Positions 35,259-44,711 of a stretch of DNA of 64,000 nt are shown here, piece after piece. The stretch lies in IMG/VR virus record IMGVR_UViG_3300037419_000894, positions 1 to 64,000 of that record. One strand, written 5' to 3'. The notes beneath the pieces were generated by a model. That model saw only the letters and a list, made by a program, of their open reading frames with translations, ran no database searches and was not told the DNA's origin. Position numbers and translations under genes: made by a program. How positions within the stretch are numbered: position 1 is the stretch's first letter; every line of letters begins with the position of its first letter. Origin of the DNA: a virus. Its lineage: Duplodnaviria > Caudoviricetes.

Positions 35259-35758
35259 TGACTTATCAATCAACTAAGACATTCGGTCACGAGCTCGGCC
35301 TGTCCGCATGCTTCCGGCAGCATGCAGCAACTCACTCGCATTGCTCACTTTTGCACGGCTACGCGCTGTCGTTCAAGTTTGTCTTTGAAGCGGACACTCT
35401 AGACGACCGTAATTGGGTCCAAGACTTCGGGGGTTTAAGAGAACTGAAGCGCCAGCTGCAAGCAACCTTTGACCACAAGCTTGTTGTCGCTGAAGATGAT
35501 CCAAACTTGGACGCAATCTGCTCTCTCAACGGCACAATTGCAGATGTGCTGCTATTGCCCGCTGTTGGATGCGAAGCCTTTGCAAAGCTGGCTTATGATA
35601 TGGCAGTGCAGGTCATCCAAAATGCCAATAACAGGGAGTTCGTAGCCAAGCGCGCGAAAGGTTTGGTGTGGGCAGAAAGTAATCGCGTCCGCGTTGTCTC
35701 GTGCGAGTGTGCTGAACACGGCGCCAATAGCGCCATTTATATCGGAGAAAAGAAGTAA
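35258..35758 (+). CDS. queD: 6-carboxy-5,6,7,8-tetrahydropterin synthase
   Basis: HSHCSLLHGY, DFG, FDHK, C-terminal E-H-x2-NSA. Confidence 0.9.
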   Translation: MTYQSTKTFGHELGLSACFRQHAATHSHCSLLHGYALSFKFVFEADTLDDRNWVQDFGGLRELKRQLQATFDHKLVVAEDDPNLDAICSLNGTIADVLLLPAVGCEAFAKLAYDMAVQVIQNANNREFVAKRAKGLVWAESNRVRVVSCECAEHGANSAIYIGEKK

Positions 35759-36396
35759 TGGAATACCTTCACAAAGACATGGTTGAAATCGACGGTGTGC
35801 AGTACGTCCCGGTGACCGATTTCGACAACGACCGGCAACTCGTCGAGCGCGATGAGATTGTGCGAGCACTTCTTCGCATGGTTGGTGAAGATCCACAACG
35901 CGGCGGTCTGCTGGAGACCCCGAACCGTGTGGTTAAAGCTTGGCAAGCGTGGACGTGCGGTTACAGAATGCAGCCAGCTGATATCCTGAAGGTCTTCGAG
36001 GATGGCGCCGAGAACTGCGATGAAATGGTGGTGCGCAAAGACATCCCCATCTACTCGCACTGCGAACATCACCTCGCACCGATCATCGGCCGCTGCACAA
36101 TCGCCTATATCCCGAACGGCAAGATTGTCGGCTTGTCGAAGATGGACCGCCTGGCGGACGTTTTTGCTCGACGCTTGCAAGTGCAGGAGCGCATGACCAA
36201 CCAAATCGCTGATGCAATGTACGAGCATCTGCAACCCAAGGGCGTCGGCGTGTGGATCAGCGCGCGTCACATGTGTGTCGAGTCACGCGGCGTCCGCAAC
36301 TCCAACAGCGAAACGGTGACGAGCGCTCTGCGCGGCGTCTTCAAGTCGGAAGCAGCAACGCGCGCTGAATTCCTATCGCTGGTGCAGGGGCGCTAG
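35758..36396 (+). CDS. folE: GTP cyclohydrolase I
   Basis: LLETPNRV, SHCEHHL, IVGLSK, RRLQVQER, HMCVESRG. Confidence 0.96.
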   Translation: MEYLHKDMVEIDGVQYVPVTDFDNDRQLVERDEIVRALLRMVGEDPQRGGLLETPNRVVKAWQAWTCGYRMQPADILKVFEDGAENCDEMVVRKDIPIYSHCEHHLAPIIGRCTIAYIPNGKIVGLSKMDRLADVFARRLQVQERMTNQIADAMYEHLQPKGVGVWISARHMCVESRGVRNSNSETVTSALRGVFKSEAATRAEFLSLVQGR

Positions 36397-36403
36397 TCCA
36401 GCT

Positions 36404-36661
36404 ATGACCACACTTGTCAAAGAGGAGTATCTGGTCTTTAACTATGTAGTTGAAGAGATGTTTTACTTTCACCAGAGCAACGCGAAACGCTGGCCTGCTT
36501 GCGTAGAACTGCCCGAGCCCCTCTTTGGCAAGTTGGTCAAGCAGAACTTTCCAGCGCTAGCATTCGTGTCTCACGTTGAGATCAACGCGGTTCCAGTTTT
36601 TCCTGTTAAACAGGCTTATCCGTCGTTTATCGACGAGTACGGTATTCGACACTTCATCTAG
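36404..36661 (+). CDS. Hypothetical protein
   Basis: 85 aa, in-cluster position. Confidence 0.7.
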   Translation: MTTLVKEEYLVFNYVVEEMFYFHQSNAKRWPACVELPEPLFGKLVKQNFPALAFVSHVEINAVPVFPVKQAYPSFIDEYGIRHFI

Positions 36662-36671
36662 GGAGAAAAAA

Positions 36672-37061
36672 ATGAATAAAAACGCCGTCATCACAATCCT
36701 GCTCTTTTGTGCAGCCATTATCTTAGCTCTGCTGAGCGGCTGCAATAACTCGCCAAGTGTCGCGCCACCGCCATCGGTCGTCTATCAGCAACAACCTCAA
36801 CCGCCAGCCTACCAGCAGCAACCGGTCATCATCCAGCAAGCGGCGCCACAACAGGCTCATTCGGACACCGGGGCACTGCTCACGGGCGCTGCGCTCGGCG
36901 CGCTTGCAACCCATGCAATGACCACACCCAGCCGGCAAGCGGTTGCTCCTGCACCTGTCATCAACCGCACCGTTATCAAGAAGACCGTCGTTGTGAATCG
37001 TTACGTCCCGCCGTCGCGTCCGGTGTCGAGCCCTCAGATGTCCAGCTTCCGCAAGCGTTAA
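36672..37061 (+). CDS. Lipoprotein, Gln/Pro-rich
   Basis: GGGAG RBS; lipobox LSGC; TGALLTGAALGALA segment. Confidence 0.8.
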   Translation: MNKNAVITILLFCAAIILALLSGCNNSPSVAPPPSVVYQQQPQPPAYQQQPVIIQQAAPQQAHSDTGALLTGAALGALATHAMTTPSRQAVAPAPVINRTVIKKTVVVNRYVPPSRPVSSPQMSSFRKR

Positions 37062-37175
37062 AACGCGCTGTACGCTGCGCAACTTACGGGGTACACTTGC
37101 ATACGTGCACCCCGCTTTGAACCGCTTGCCAGCGCTGTACGTGCGCGGCAGCAGTACCCTAACCGGACCAACACC

Positions 37176-37397
37176 ATGCAAGCATTAGAGTTCATTATTT
37201 CTATCAGGCCTGCTGTTCCGTTCTCAGTGGAGAAGCCATGCCAGCCTGCTAGCAATAGCGAGATTCGACGCTGGTTTAACAACAGAGCTATACGTATCAA
37301 CGGAACATTCCCAAATTGGAATGACACCGTAGTGTTACCAGTTAGTGACCTAGTATTCTTCCCTAAGTCCGTCAATCGTAGAACAACTATCTTTTGA
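37176..37397 (+). CDS. S4/alpha-L-motif-like small protein
   Basis: SNSEIRRWFNNRAIRING resembles the S4 motif S-x-S-EARR-x6-V-x-ING. Confidence 0.5.
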   Translation: MQALEFIISIRPAVPFSVEKPCQPASNSEIRRWFNNRAIRINGTFPNWNDTVVLPVSDLVFFPKSVNRRTTIF

Positions 37398-38329
37398 CCA
37401 TGAATTTGTTTTTAGCCGCGGTCTACACGAACAGCTACATGAAGACCCAAAATCGGTACTCAAAGCTTACCGAGGTTGAGCAGCGGATTATGGACCGAGT
37501 ACCTCACATTCTGGAAAGTTTTCACTATGTCAACGGACAAAAATATGTCGACGTCATGCGGCAACAAGGTGCAAAAGTTTTTCTTGACTCTGGTGCTTTC
37601 TCCGCTCATTCTTTGGGCGTTAGCATCGATATTAATGCTTATTGTGATTACATTATCCGCAATCGTGATATTCTACGGGTTGAGGATGGTGCAGTCATGG
37701 CTTCTGTACTTGACGGTATTGGTGACCCATTACAAACCTACCGCAATCAGCTCTACATGGAAGCAATGGGTGCGAAGCCGTTGCCTTGCTTTCACTTTGG
37801 AGAAGACCCCCGTTACCTCGAATACTACGTTGCGAACTATGACTACATCACCATCGGTGGCCTGGTTCGCAAAACTGCGCAAGACCAAAAAGTCTGGCTC
37901 GACCGCATCTGGCCGCTAATGCTCGACGGTAGCGGTAGACCGAAGCTTAAGGTGCACGCGTTCGGTATGACTGCGCCGTGGCTGATGGAGCGTTACCCTT
38001 GGTGGAGTGTGGACTCTTCGTCTTGGATTCAGGCTGCTGCATTCGGCAGCATCTTCACCAGCGAGCACGGCCCAATTGCTGTGTCAAAGGACTCACCTGC
38101 AAAGCATGACGCAGGTCGCCATCTTAGTACGCTTAAAGACGTGGAACGGCAGGCAATTGAAATGATGCTTGACCTTAAAGGCTTCAACTTCGAGCGTTTG
38201 TCCACAGTCTACGAGTCGCGAGCTTGTTACAACACGCTCGGCTATATGGAACTGAACGATATCATTAACGACCGAATTTCCAGAAACGGCGGTCGGTTTG
38301 AAGTAGAACAAATACAAGAACTTTTCTAG
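37394..38329 (+). CDS. dpdA: DNA 7-deazaguanine transglycosylase (TGT fold)
   Basis: FLDSGAFS, VLDGIGD, PCFHFGE, IGGLV, VHAFG, SVDSSSW; next to folE/queD/queE/queC. Confidence 0.88.
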   Translation: MTMNLFLAAVYTNSYMKTQNRYSKLTEVEQRIMDRVPHILESFHYVNGQKYVDVMRQQGAKVFLDSGAFSAHSLGVSIDINAYCDYIIRNRDILRVEDGAVMASVLDGIGDPLQTYRNQLYMEAMGAKPLPCFHFGEDPRYLEYYVANYDYITIGGLVRKTAQDQKVWLDRIWPLMLDGSGRPKLKVHAFGMTAPWLMERYPWWSVDSSSWIQAAAFGSIFTSEHGPIAVSKDSPAKHDAGRHLSTLKDVERQAIEMMLDLKGFNFERLSTVYESRACYNTLGYMELNDIINDRISRNGGRFEVEQIQELF

Positions 38330-38338
38330 GGAGTCAGT

Positions 38339-38611
38339 ATGGCAATCTATAACGACAACACGATGGACGTATTGTGTAACGGCAGGGTTGAACGTCGACC
38401 ATGTATCCTGACTGCTCGCTTACCGCTGTCCCGCCCCAAGTCCATGACCACACCTCCTGACGTACAACCTGTGCTCCAACCGGGTGAGGATGTACAATAC
38501 TTCAACGGCAGCCCAATCCCGCACATTGTCCCAATTCAATGGCCTGAGCCCGAGCGCTGCGGCACGCTGGTCGAGCGGATTAAGTGGGACGGAGTCGGAG
38601 GTGCGGAATGA
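38339..38611 (+). CDS. Hypothetical Pro-rich protein
   Basis: GGGAG RBS. Confidence 0.7.
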   Translation: MAIYNDNTMDVLCNGRVERRPCILTARLPLSRPKSMTTPPDVQPVLQPGEDVQYFNGSPIPHIVPIQWPEPERCGTLVERIKWDGVGGAE

Positions 38612-39030
38612 GTGTGGTCAACCGGTTCAGCGGGGAGTACGCATTCCTGTCGAACTTCTACCCTTCACCAGTTGTGTTCATGGGCAAGGAATACGCAAGC
38701 GTTGAACATGGGTTCCAAGCGCACAAGATGACGACACCCAAAGACCATGAGCGGGTGCGCCTTGCTACCACTTCGGGGAACGCTAAGCGTATTGCGCGCG
38801 CTTACCCGATGCGTGAGGATTGGGACTTGATTCGGGAGGACGTTATGCTTTATTTCCTGAAGCTCAAGTTTCAGATTCCCGACTTGCGCGCAGCACTCAT
38901 CAAGACAGGTGATGCTCAGCTCATTGAAGGTAACACTTGGGGCGACACCTACTGGGGCATCTGCAAAGGCGAAGGGTTGAACCGCTTGGGCATATTGCTC
39001 ATGCAAATACGTTCGGAGATTCAACAATGA
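38608..39030 (+). CDS. NADAR (YbiA-like) hydrolase
   Basis: FLSNFYPSP, SVEHGFQAHK, K-F, LIEGNTWGDTYWG, G-x-NRLGILLM. Confidence 0.92.
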   Translation: MSVVNRFSGEYAFLSNFYPSPVVFMGKEYASVEHGFQAHKMTTPKDHERVRLATTSGNAKRIARAYPMREDWDLIREDVMLYFLKLKFQIPDLRAALIKTGDAQLIEGNTWGDTYWGICKGEGLNRLGILLMQIRSEIQQ

Positions 39031-40001
39031 CCGACATCCTCACCGCACTCAAGTTCGTTCGCGGCAGTGTGGCGAAAAAGGACTTCGTGCCTGCGCTCAA
39101 GCATTTCGTCATCGAACATGGCCTGGTGCGCGGGTTCAACGGCGTGCTGGCGCTGTGCACGCCCATCCCTTTTGACATCTCCTGCAAACCACACGCTGAA
39201 ACGCTTATCAAAGCGATTGCAAACTGCAAGGATACGGTGCAGCTGAGCTTGACACCTGCAGCCAGGCTTGCGGTCAAATCCGGCACATTCAAAGTGTTCG
39301 TCGACTGCATTCAAGAGGACACACCACATGCGATGCCTGAAGGTACGCATATTGCTATCGACGGGACTGCACTGCTTGCAGGCTTACAGGTTGTCGCACC
39401 TTTCATGAGTGACGATGCTGCTAGGCGTTGGTCCAATGGCGTGCTTGTGGCTGATAACTGCCTACAAGTCACCAACAACGTGATCGCTATCCAGCGCTGG
39501 GTCGGCTTCAGCTTCCCGCAACCGGTAACCATTCCAAGCGAAGCAGTCAAAGAAATGCTGCGCATTGGCGAGCCTCCGACGCACGCGCAATTGACGGACG
39601 GCAGCATAACGTTCCATTACGAGGGGAATCGCTGGCTGCGCACCCAGCTTTACGAGTCGGACAAGTGGCCCGACTTTAACCGCATCCTGGATAACCCTGA
39701 CGCGCTCTTAACAGCAATTGACGAAGAAATCTTTGTCGCTGCTGAGTCGCTTAAACCATTTGTCGAAAAAAGCGGTGCGCTGTACTTCAACATGCAGCAG
39801 TTGGCCACCAGTGCAGCGGAAGCTGGTGGCGAAGGCGCCACCTACGACGTACCAAGCCTTATGAACGAAGGTAGCTATCACGTCGACCATCTGCTTCTAC
39901 TGCAAGGTGTGGCCACACACATTGATTGGAACCTGTACCCTAAGGCTTGCATCTTCCAAGGTGAAATGCTGCGCGGTGCAATTATCGGGAGAAAACGGTG
40001 A
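39027..40001 (+). CDS. Sliding-clamp (DNA Pol III beta-like) protein
   Basis: About 324 aa; beta-clamp-like repeat pattern ending RGAIIG; upstream of the polymerase. Confidence 0.65.
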   Translation: MTDILTALKFVRGSVAKKDFVPALKHFVIEHGLVRGFNGVLALCTPIPFDISCKPHAETLIKAIANCKDTVQLSLTPAARLAVKSGTFKVFVDCIQEDTPHAMPEGTHIAIDGTALLAGLQVVAPFMSDDAARRWSNGVLVADNCLQVTNNVIAIQRWVGFSFPQPVTIPSEAVKEMLRIGEPPTHAQLTDGSITFHYEGNRWLRTQLYESDKWPDFNRILDNPDALLTAIDEEIFVAAESLKPFVEKSGALYFNMQQLATSAAEAGGEGATYDVPSLMNEGSYHVDHLLLLQGVATHIDWNLYPKACIFQGEMLRGAIIGRKR

Positions 40002-40189
40002 AACTGTTACTTAAGCCTGGCATCAAGCCTGGTAAGGCAAAGAAGCGCAAGTTCGTGTGTACGGGTGGACCATTTGACAAAGCAGAGCTTTATCTTGAAT
40101 CTGGTTCAACAATGCACTTGAATGTAAAGGGTTTGCAGGGGCGCTATGTGAAGCATGGTGTCTCAACTCTAATATGGGAGACAAAATGA
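39998..40189 (+). CDS. Small basic protein
   Basis: GTGA overlap. Confidence 0.65.
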   Translation: MKLLLKPGIKPGKAKKRKFVCTGGPFDKAELYLESGSTMHLNVKGLQGRYVKHGVSTLIWETK

Positions 40190-40590
40190 TTACAATCGAC
40201 AAGGTGCTCATCTGTGGTGGGCGCGAGTTTGCAGATCAAGCTCTGTTTAACCACACTCTGCATTGCTTGCCCGCGCTCATTTCGGAGCACTTCAAAGGGC
40301 AGCGCAGGCTGGATAGCGAGTATTGCATCATTCAAGGTGAAGCTAAAGGCGCCGACCGCATGGCCAAAGTCTACGCCAAGTATGCTGGCCTACCTTGCAT
40401 GGGGTTCGAAGCAAATTGGCACTACTACGAGAACGCAGCCGGGCCAATCCGTAATCGCTGGATGAAGAAGTTCGGGCAACCTCAAATTGGCTTGGCGTTC
40501 CCGGGCGGTAGTGGTACGCGGGACATGATGAAAGCGCTGGTTGCAGCGGGTGTCCCGGTATTTGATGTTGAAAAAAGCTGCTGGCTCTAA
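40186..40590 (+). CDS. DUF2493/YspA-like SLOG-family protein
   Basis: VLICGGREF, IIQGEAKGAD, AAGPIRN-x2-M, AFPGGSGT. Confidence 0.88.
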   Translation: MITIDKVLICGGREFADQALFNHTLHCLPALISEHFKGQRRLDSEYCIIQGEAKGADRMAKVYAKYAGLPCMGFEANWHYYENAAGPIRNRWMKKFGQPQIGLAFPGGSGTRDMMKALVAAGVPVFDVEKSCWL

Positions 40591-40639
40591 ACCCTACAGT
40601 GTTGGCCGTCACTCAATACGGTACTTATAGAGGAATAAG

Positions 40640-42889
40640 ATGTCACGACGTTCTGACGCCATTGGCATGTTTTGGGAGGACCATGCAAAAGTCAAACCTC
40701 CCAAGGTTGAAAAGGTAAAGCGTACTCCGCCGCATCCGTTTTGGCTTGAACCTGATTACTTGCCGAACTACGAGCAGGCACTGGCGTACAAGCCTGACTT
40801 GTTCTCGGACATGGAGCTCCTAGCTGCGCAGCAGCGCGGAGAGCGCTTGTCTTACGATATTGAGATCTACCCGAACTACGCTCTGTTCAGCTTTAAGGGT
40901 ATTGATTGCGGCAAGGTGCTCATCATGGAGGTCCACCTAGACCCTCTTGAACATCACGAATATCCCTTGGACATTCCCAAGCTGACATGGGTGCTCCATA
41001 ACTTCTGCATCGTCAACTTCAATGGCCGCAAGTATGACTTCCCTGTGACCACACTCGTGCTTGCGGGGCACTACGATCCTGAGCAACTCTGGGACGCAAC
41101 GGTCATGCTCATCGCTGAGCGATTGCAGCCTAAAGAGGTCTACAAGAAGTACAAGACGCACGCGCTCAAGATTGACCAGATTGACCTTATTGAACTGACT
41201 GCACTTGCTCCCGGTTTGAAGGTGTGCGCTGGGCGCCTGCATGCACCGCGCTTGCAAGACCTGCCATTCAAACCCGGTACGTATCTAACCCAGCAACAGA
41301 TTGTTGTTCTTCGTTACTACAACATTAATGACTTGGACAACACAATCATTCTGCACAACAGTTTGATTGAACAGATTCAGTTGCGGGAAGCTGTCGGCAA
41401 GAAATACAATATTGATCTTCGCTCGCACTCAGATGCGCAGATGGCGGAAGCCATTATGTCGAGTGAGATACGCAAGCTGAAGCGGATTAAGTATCTGCCG
41501 AAGCCTGTGGTCAACCCAGCGTTCGAACACAAGTACAAACCACCAGCGTACATCCGGTTTCAGACTCCGCTCATGAACCATGTTATGAGTGTGGTCACAA
41601 ATGCGGTGTTCAAAGTGGATGGCTTTACTGGTGAGGTTATCCCGCCGAAAGAATTTGACGATCTTGTTATCCGAATGGGTAACAGCAACTACAAGGTTGG
41701 CATCGGTGGCATGCACACGCAGGAAAAGAACGTTGCGCATGTAGCAGACGACGAGTACGAAGTGATTGACACTGACGTTACGTCGTACTACCCGTTCCTT
41801 ATCCTGAATGCAGGCCTTGCACCAGCAGCCCTCGGCGTCGACTTCTTGCGCGTGTTCCGGGCAATTGTTGAAGCGCGCGTGAAGGCTAAAGCTGCCGGCG
41901 ACACGGTCACTGCTGACAGCCTTAAGATTGTTATTAACGGTACGTTCGGTAAGCTTGGAAGCAAGTGGTCGATCATGTACTCACCTGACCTGTTGTTGCA
42001 AGTGACACTTACCGGCCAGTTGTCGATTCTCATGCTTGCTGAAGCATGCGAACTCAATGGCATCGAAGTTTGCTCGGTCAACACTGACGGTATTGTGGTC
42101 AAGTGCCACAAGTCCAAACGTGAATTCTTTAATTCGCTGGTCAAGTGGTGGGAACAGGCAACTGGCCTGAACACTGAGGAGACTCGCTACTGTGGCACAT
42201 ACAGCAAGGACGTGAACAACTACATTGCTGTCTACGAGAAACCTCAGAAGGGTGAACTATTTAAAACGAAAGGTCTGTATGCGAAAACGTCGTCTAAAAA
42301 GAACGCGGTTAATGAGGTCTGCATTGACGCGGTCAAAGCGTTTATTCAAAACGGCACTGCGCCAGACGTTACAATCCGCGCATGTCGAGAGATTAAGAAG
42401 TTCACAACGATGCGCGCAGTTAGTGGTGGAGCTGTTAAGATGTCAGGTAGCATGTATGACCCAAACGCTTCAGTACAAGAAATGCTGTCAGTTGTCCAGA
42501 AAAACGGATGGGTTCCATGGCATGCGGATAAATGGATTCATCAGCCCTCCCATCAAAACTTGGACGAGGGCTGCACTCTTGCGGAGGCATACAAGTTGTG
42601 TTGCCCCGTCACCCAAGGCGAATACCTCGGGAAGCTCATACGTTGGTACTATGCTGTTGACGCGCAGGGGGAAATCATATCTGCCAAGACTGGCAATAAA
42701 GTTGCGCGAACTGACAATGCGAAACCGCTGATGAACTTGCCTAGTGAGTTCCCGACCGACATCAATTATCAGTGGTACGTAGACGAAGCTAATAAGATCC
42801 TTAAGAAAGTCGGTTACCTTAAGGATGGACCAGTTGTGCCGGATGGGTCCGAGGAAGAGGAAGAAGATGACGAGGAGGAAACCGCTTAA
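40640..42889 (+). CDS. Family B DNA polymerase with 3'-5' exonuclease domain
   Basis: YDIEIY, FNGRKYD, DVTSYYP, KIVINGTFGK, NTDGI. Confidence 0.93.
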   Translation: MSRRSDAIGMFWEDHAKVKPPKVEKVKRTPPHPFWLEPDYLPNYEQALAYKPDLFSDMELLAAQQRGERLSYDIEIYPNYALFSFKGIDCGKVLIMEVHLDPLEHHEYPLDIPKLTWVLHNFCIVNFNGRKYDFPVTTLVLAGHYDPEQLWDATVMLIAERLQPKEVYKKYKTHALKIDQIDLIELTALAPGLKVCAGRLHAPRLQDLPFKPGTYLTQQQIVVLRYYNINDLDNTIILHNSLIEQIQLREAVGKKYNIDLRSHSDAQMAEAIMSSEIRKLKRIKYLPKPVVNPAFEHKYKPPAYIRFQTPLMNHVMSVVTNAVFKVDGFTGEVIPPKEFDDLVIRMGNSNYKVGIGGMHTQEKNVAHVADDEYEVIDTDVTSYYPFLILNAGLAPAALGVDFLRVFRAIVEARVKAKAAGDTVTADSLKIVINGTFGKLGSKWSIMYSPDLLLQVTLTGQLSILMLAEACELNGIEVCSVNTDGIVVKCHKSKREFFNSLVKWWEQATGLNTEETRYCGTYSKDVNNYIAVYEKPQKGELFKTKGLYAKTSSKKNAVNEVCIDAVKAFIQNGTAPDVTIRACREIKKFTTMRAVSGGAVKMSGSMYDPNASVQEMLSVVQKNGWVPWHADKWIHQPSHQNLDEGCTLAEAYKLCCPVTQGEYLGKLIRWYYAVDAQGEIISAKTGNKVARTDNAKPLMNLPSEFPTDINYQWYVDEANKILKKVGYLKDGPVVPDGSEEEEEDDEEETA

Positions 42890-42985
42890 AACGTGCTGTA
42901 CGGTGCGCAGGGCGCGGGAGGGGGTTTGCTACGGGGTGCAGGGTTTGCGCAGCGCCTGCACCCCTTGCCGTGTGCGGCAGGGTCG

Positions 42986-43519
42986 TTACTTGCTCGTTGC
43001 TGCCGGTGCCTGCGCAAGCAGTTCGGTCTTGCGACCGCTGTCGTGGGTCGTGCCGAACCAGAAGGCCATGACCACACCCCAGCCGGTGCTCAGGGAACCA
43101 AGCATCAGTAGGAGCGCCTGGGAGTCCGACACCTTCAGCCACCCCGTCATCATGCCGACGAGGATAAAGAAATACCCGAAGGTTACAGCGATCGACAGCG
43201 CTGCCGGCACCCATGAACGAGTAGCCTTCTGCATATCCCGGGCATCTTTGCGGTCTGCCGCCGCAATGGCTTCCAGGTCGGTAACATTCTTGAAGCCGAG
43301 TTCCTGCATCTGCAGCGCAAAGGTGTTGTCAGCATTCTTCAGCGCCAGCATCTGCTCTGGGGTTGCACCGGACAGCGCCTGCTTTAGCGTGTCGGCGGTT
43401 TTCTCGGACAGTCCAAGGGCCTTGCCCGCAGCTTCAACAGCCATGCCGCCCAACGGTCCACCAATTGCGGTGCCGATCCACGGCGCGACAGTTTTCAGGA
43501 GTGCAGAGAAGTCCATCAT
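42986..43519 (-). CDS. Holin-like membrane protein (3TM holin type)
   Basis: APWIGTAIGGPLGG N-terminus; DRKDAR; C-terminal TMs ending FWFGT; adjacent to endolysin. Confidence 0.75.
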   Translation of the reverse strand: MMDFSALLKTVAPWIGTAIGGPLGGMAVEAAGKALGLSEKTADTLKQALSGATPEQMLALKNADNTFALQMQELGFKNVTDLEAIAAADRKDARDMQKATRSWVPAALSIAVTFGYFFILVGMMTGWLKVSDSQALLLMLGSLSTGWGVVMAFWFGTTHDSGRKTELLAQAPAATSK

Positions 43520-43932
43520 TTCACCTCCTTTCCAGCCTTAAGGTCAGCAATGCTTAGCCCGCCCGTGTACTGGCAGTGAGCGGTTTCCTTGAACGTCTTC
43601 CAGCGCCCAGCCCACTCCAGGCCGACACTTTCCGCGATTTGACCACACTTCAGGTACAGTGCAGCGTCGCCCCATTGCGGTTTGCTACCAACCATCGGCA
43701 CCCAATCAAAGGCGCAACGATAGTTGTGGTACGACTCACCAGCCCTGGCATTGGTGACAACCTTGCCCGGTTTGGTGCGACCCATCGCGTACAGACCTGC
43801 TTGGCACTCGTTGTCGCGATAGGTGCAATAGATCATCACTTGCACGCCCTGCTTCTCGCATGCTGCAAGAAACGCAAGAGCTTTCGTCCGGACTACCGGG
43901 AGCAGTTCTTCAAGGCTTCGACTGTCGATCAT
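43516..43932 (-). CDS. Endolysin, M15-family L-Ala-D-Glu peptidase
   Basis: YR-x3-Q-x2-LY-x2-GR, SYHNY-x2-AFD, WAG-x-W...E-x2-H. Confidence 0.93.
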   Translation of the reverse strand: MIDSRSLEELLPVVRTKALAFLAACEKQGVQVMIYCTYRDNECQAGLYAMGRTKPGKVVTNARAGESYHNYRCAFDWVPMVGSKPQWGDAALYLKCGQIAESVGLEWAGRWKTFKETAHCQYTGGLSIADLKAGKEVK

Positions 43933-44116
43933 TTTGTTTCTCCATTTGCTCAAGCTGCCTTTGTTTCAGGCGGTTGTCCAGAATGCCGCCTCGGATCCGG
44001 ATGCACATCCAAATAAACGCCGCGAGTGTGGTCAAACCGGGGACCAGGCCTAGCAAAGCGCTCACCCACGTAGTAATGGATAATACGTCAGCAAGATGCT
44101 TGAGGTCGTCGGTCAT
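43910..44116 (-). CDS. Small holin/antiholin-like membrane protein
   Basis: Hydrophobic central segment and charged C-terminal tail, upstream of endolysin. Confidence 0.6.
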   Translation of the reverse strand: MTDDLKHLADVLSITTWVSALLGLVPGLTTLAAFIWMCIRIRGGILDNRLKQRQLEQMEKQNDRQSKP

Positions 44117-44182
44117 TTTAGGGCCTGAGAAGAAGTTGCGTGTTTGCAATTGTACGCTCCTGTAGCACCCTACGCAAGGATT

Positions 44183-44683
44183 TTACACAACAGTCCTGAC
44201 CTCCAGTTTAATGGACAACTCATCCACCAATTCGCCAGGTGAAATCATACGACTGTGTTCGGACCATCCTGCCATCTCGTAGATTTGCACCGACCCGCCA
44301 GAACAGACAATGATCTTGCGCCAATGGATGAATATCTTGAGGCGTAACGCACATTTTAAACCGATGATTGGGAACGCGAGGAACCCGTAATCGATTTGTT
44401 TCGCTAACCAGTCGAACACTGCACGCTCAATGTCATCACGATTCAAACCTGAAGGCGGGTCGCACACGTCGAAATTAGACAGTTGGGACACAGCGGTCAG
44501 ATGATTGCGCCCACTGTTTAGGTCTGCTATAAATAGCCTCTCCCCTAACCACACTGCCACGCCTGTGTGGGTGTAAGGTGAATGGGTGAAGACCTGAGTG
44601 AGAGTTCCGAGGATGTTATGCACATCCCGCACAGCAATCAGGTCACCAGTTTGAATCTGAACGCGAGCAGCAGCATAATCCAT
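44183..44683 (-). CDS. Permuted papain-like NlpC/P60 (YiiX/YebB-like) protein
   Basis: TGDLI, SPYTHTG (His) preceding IVCS (Cys). Confidence 0.8.
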   Translation of the reverse strand: MDYAAARVQIQTGDLIAVRDVHNILGTLTQVFTHSPYTHTGVAVWLGERLFIADLNSGRNHLTAVSQLSNFDVCDPPSGLNRDDIERAVFDWLAKQIDYGFLAFPIIGLKCALRLKIFIHWRKIIVCSGGSVQIYEMAGWSEHSRMISPGELVDELSIKLEVRTVV

Positions 44684-44711
44684 GCGAAACTCCTATGTTT
44701 GGTTTGTTGTG

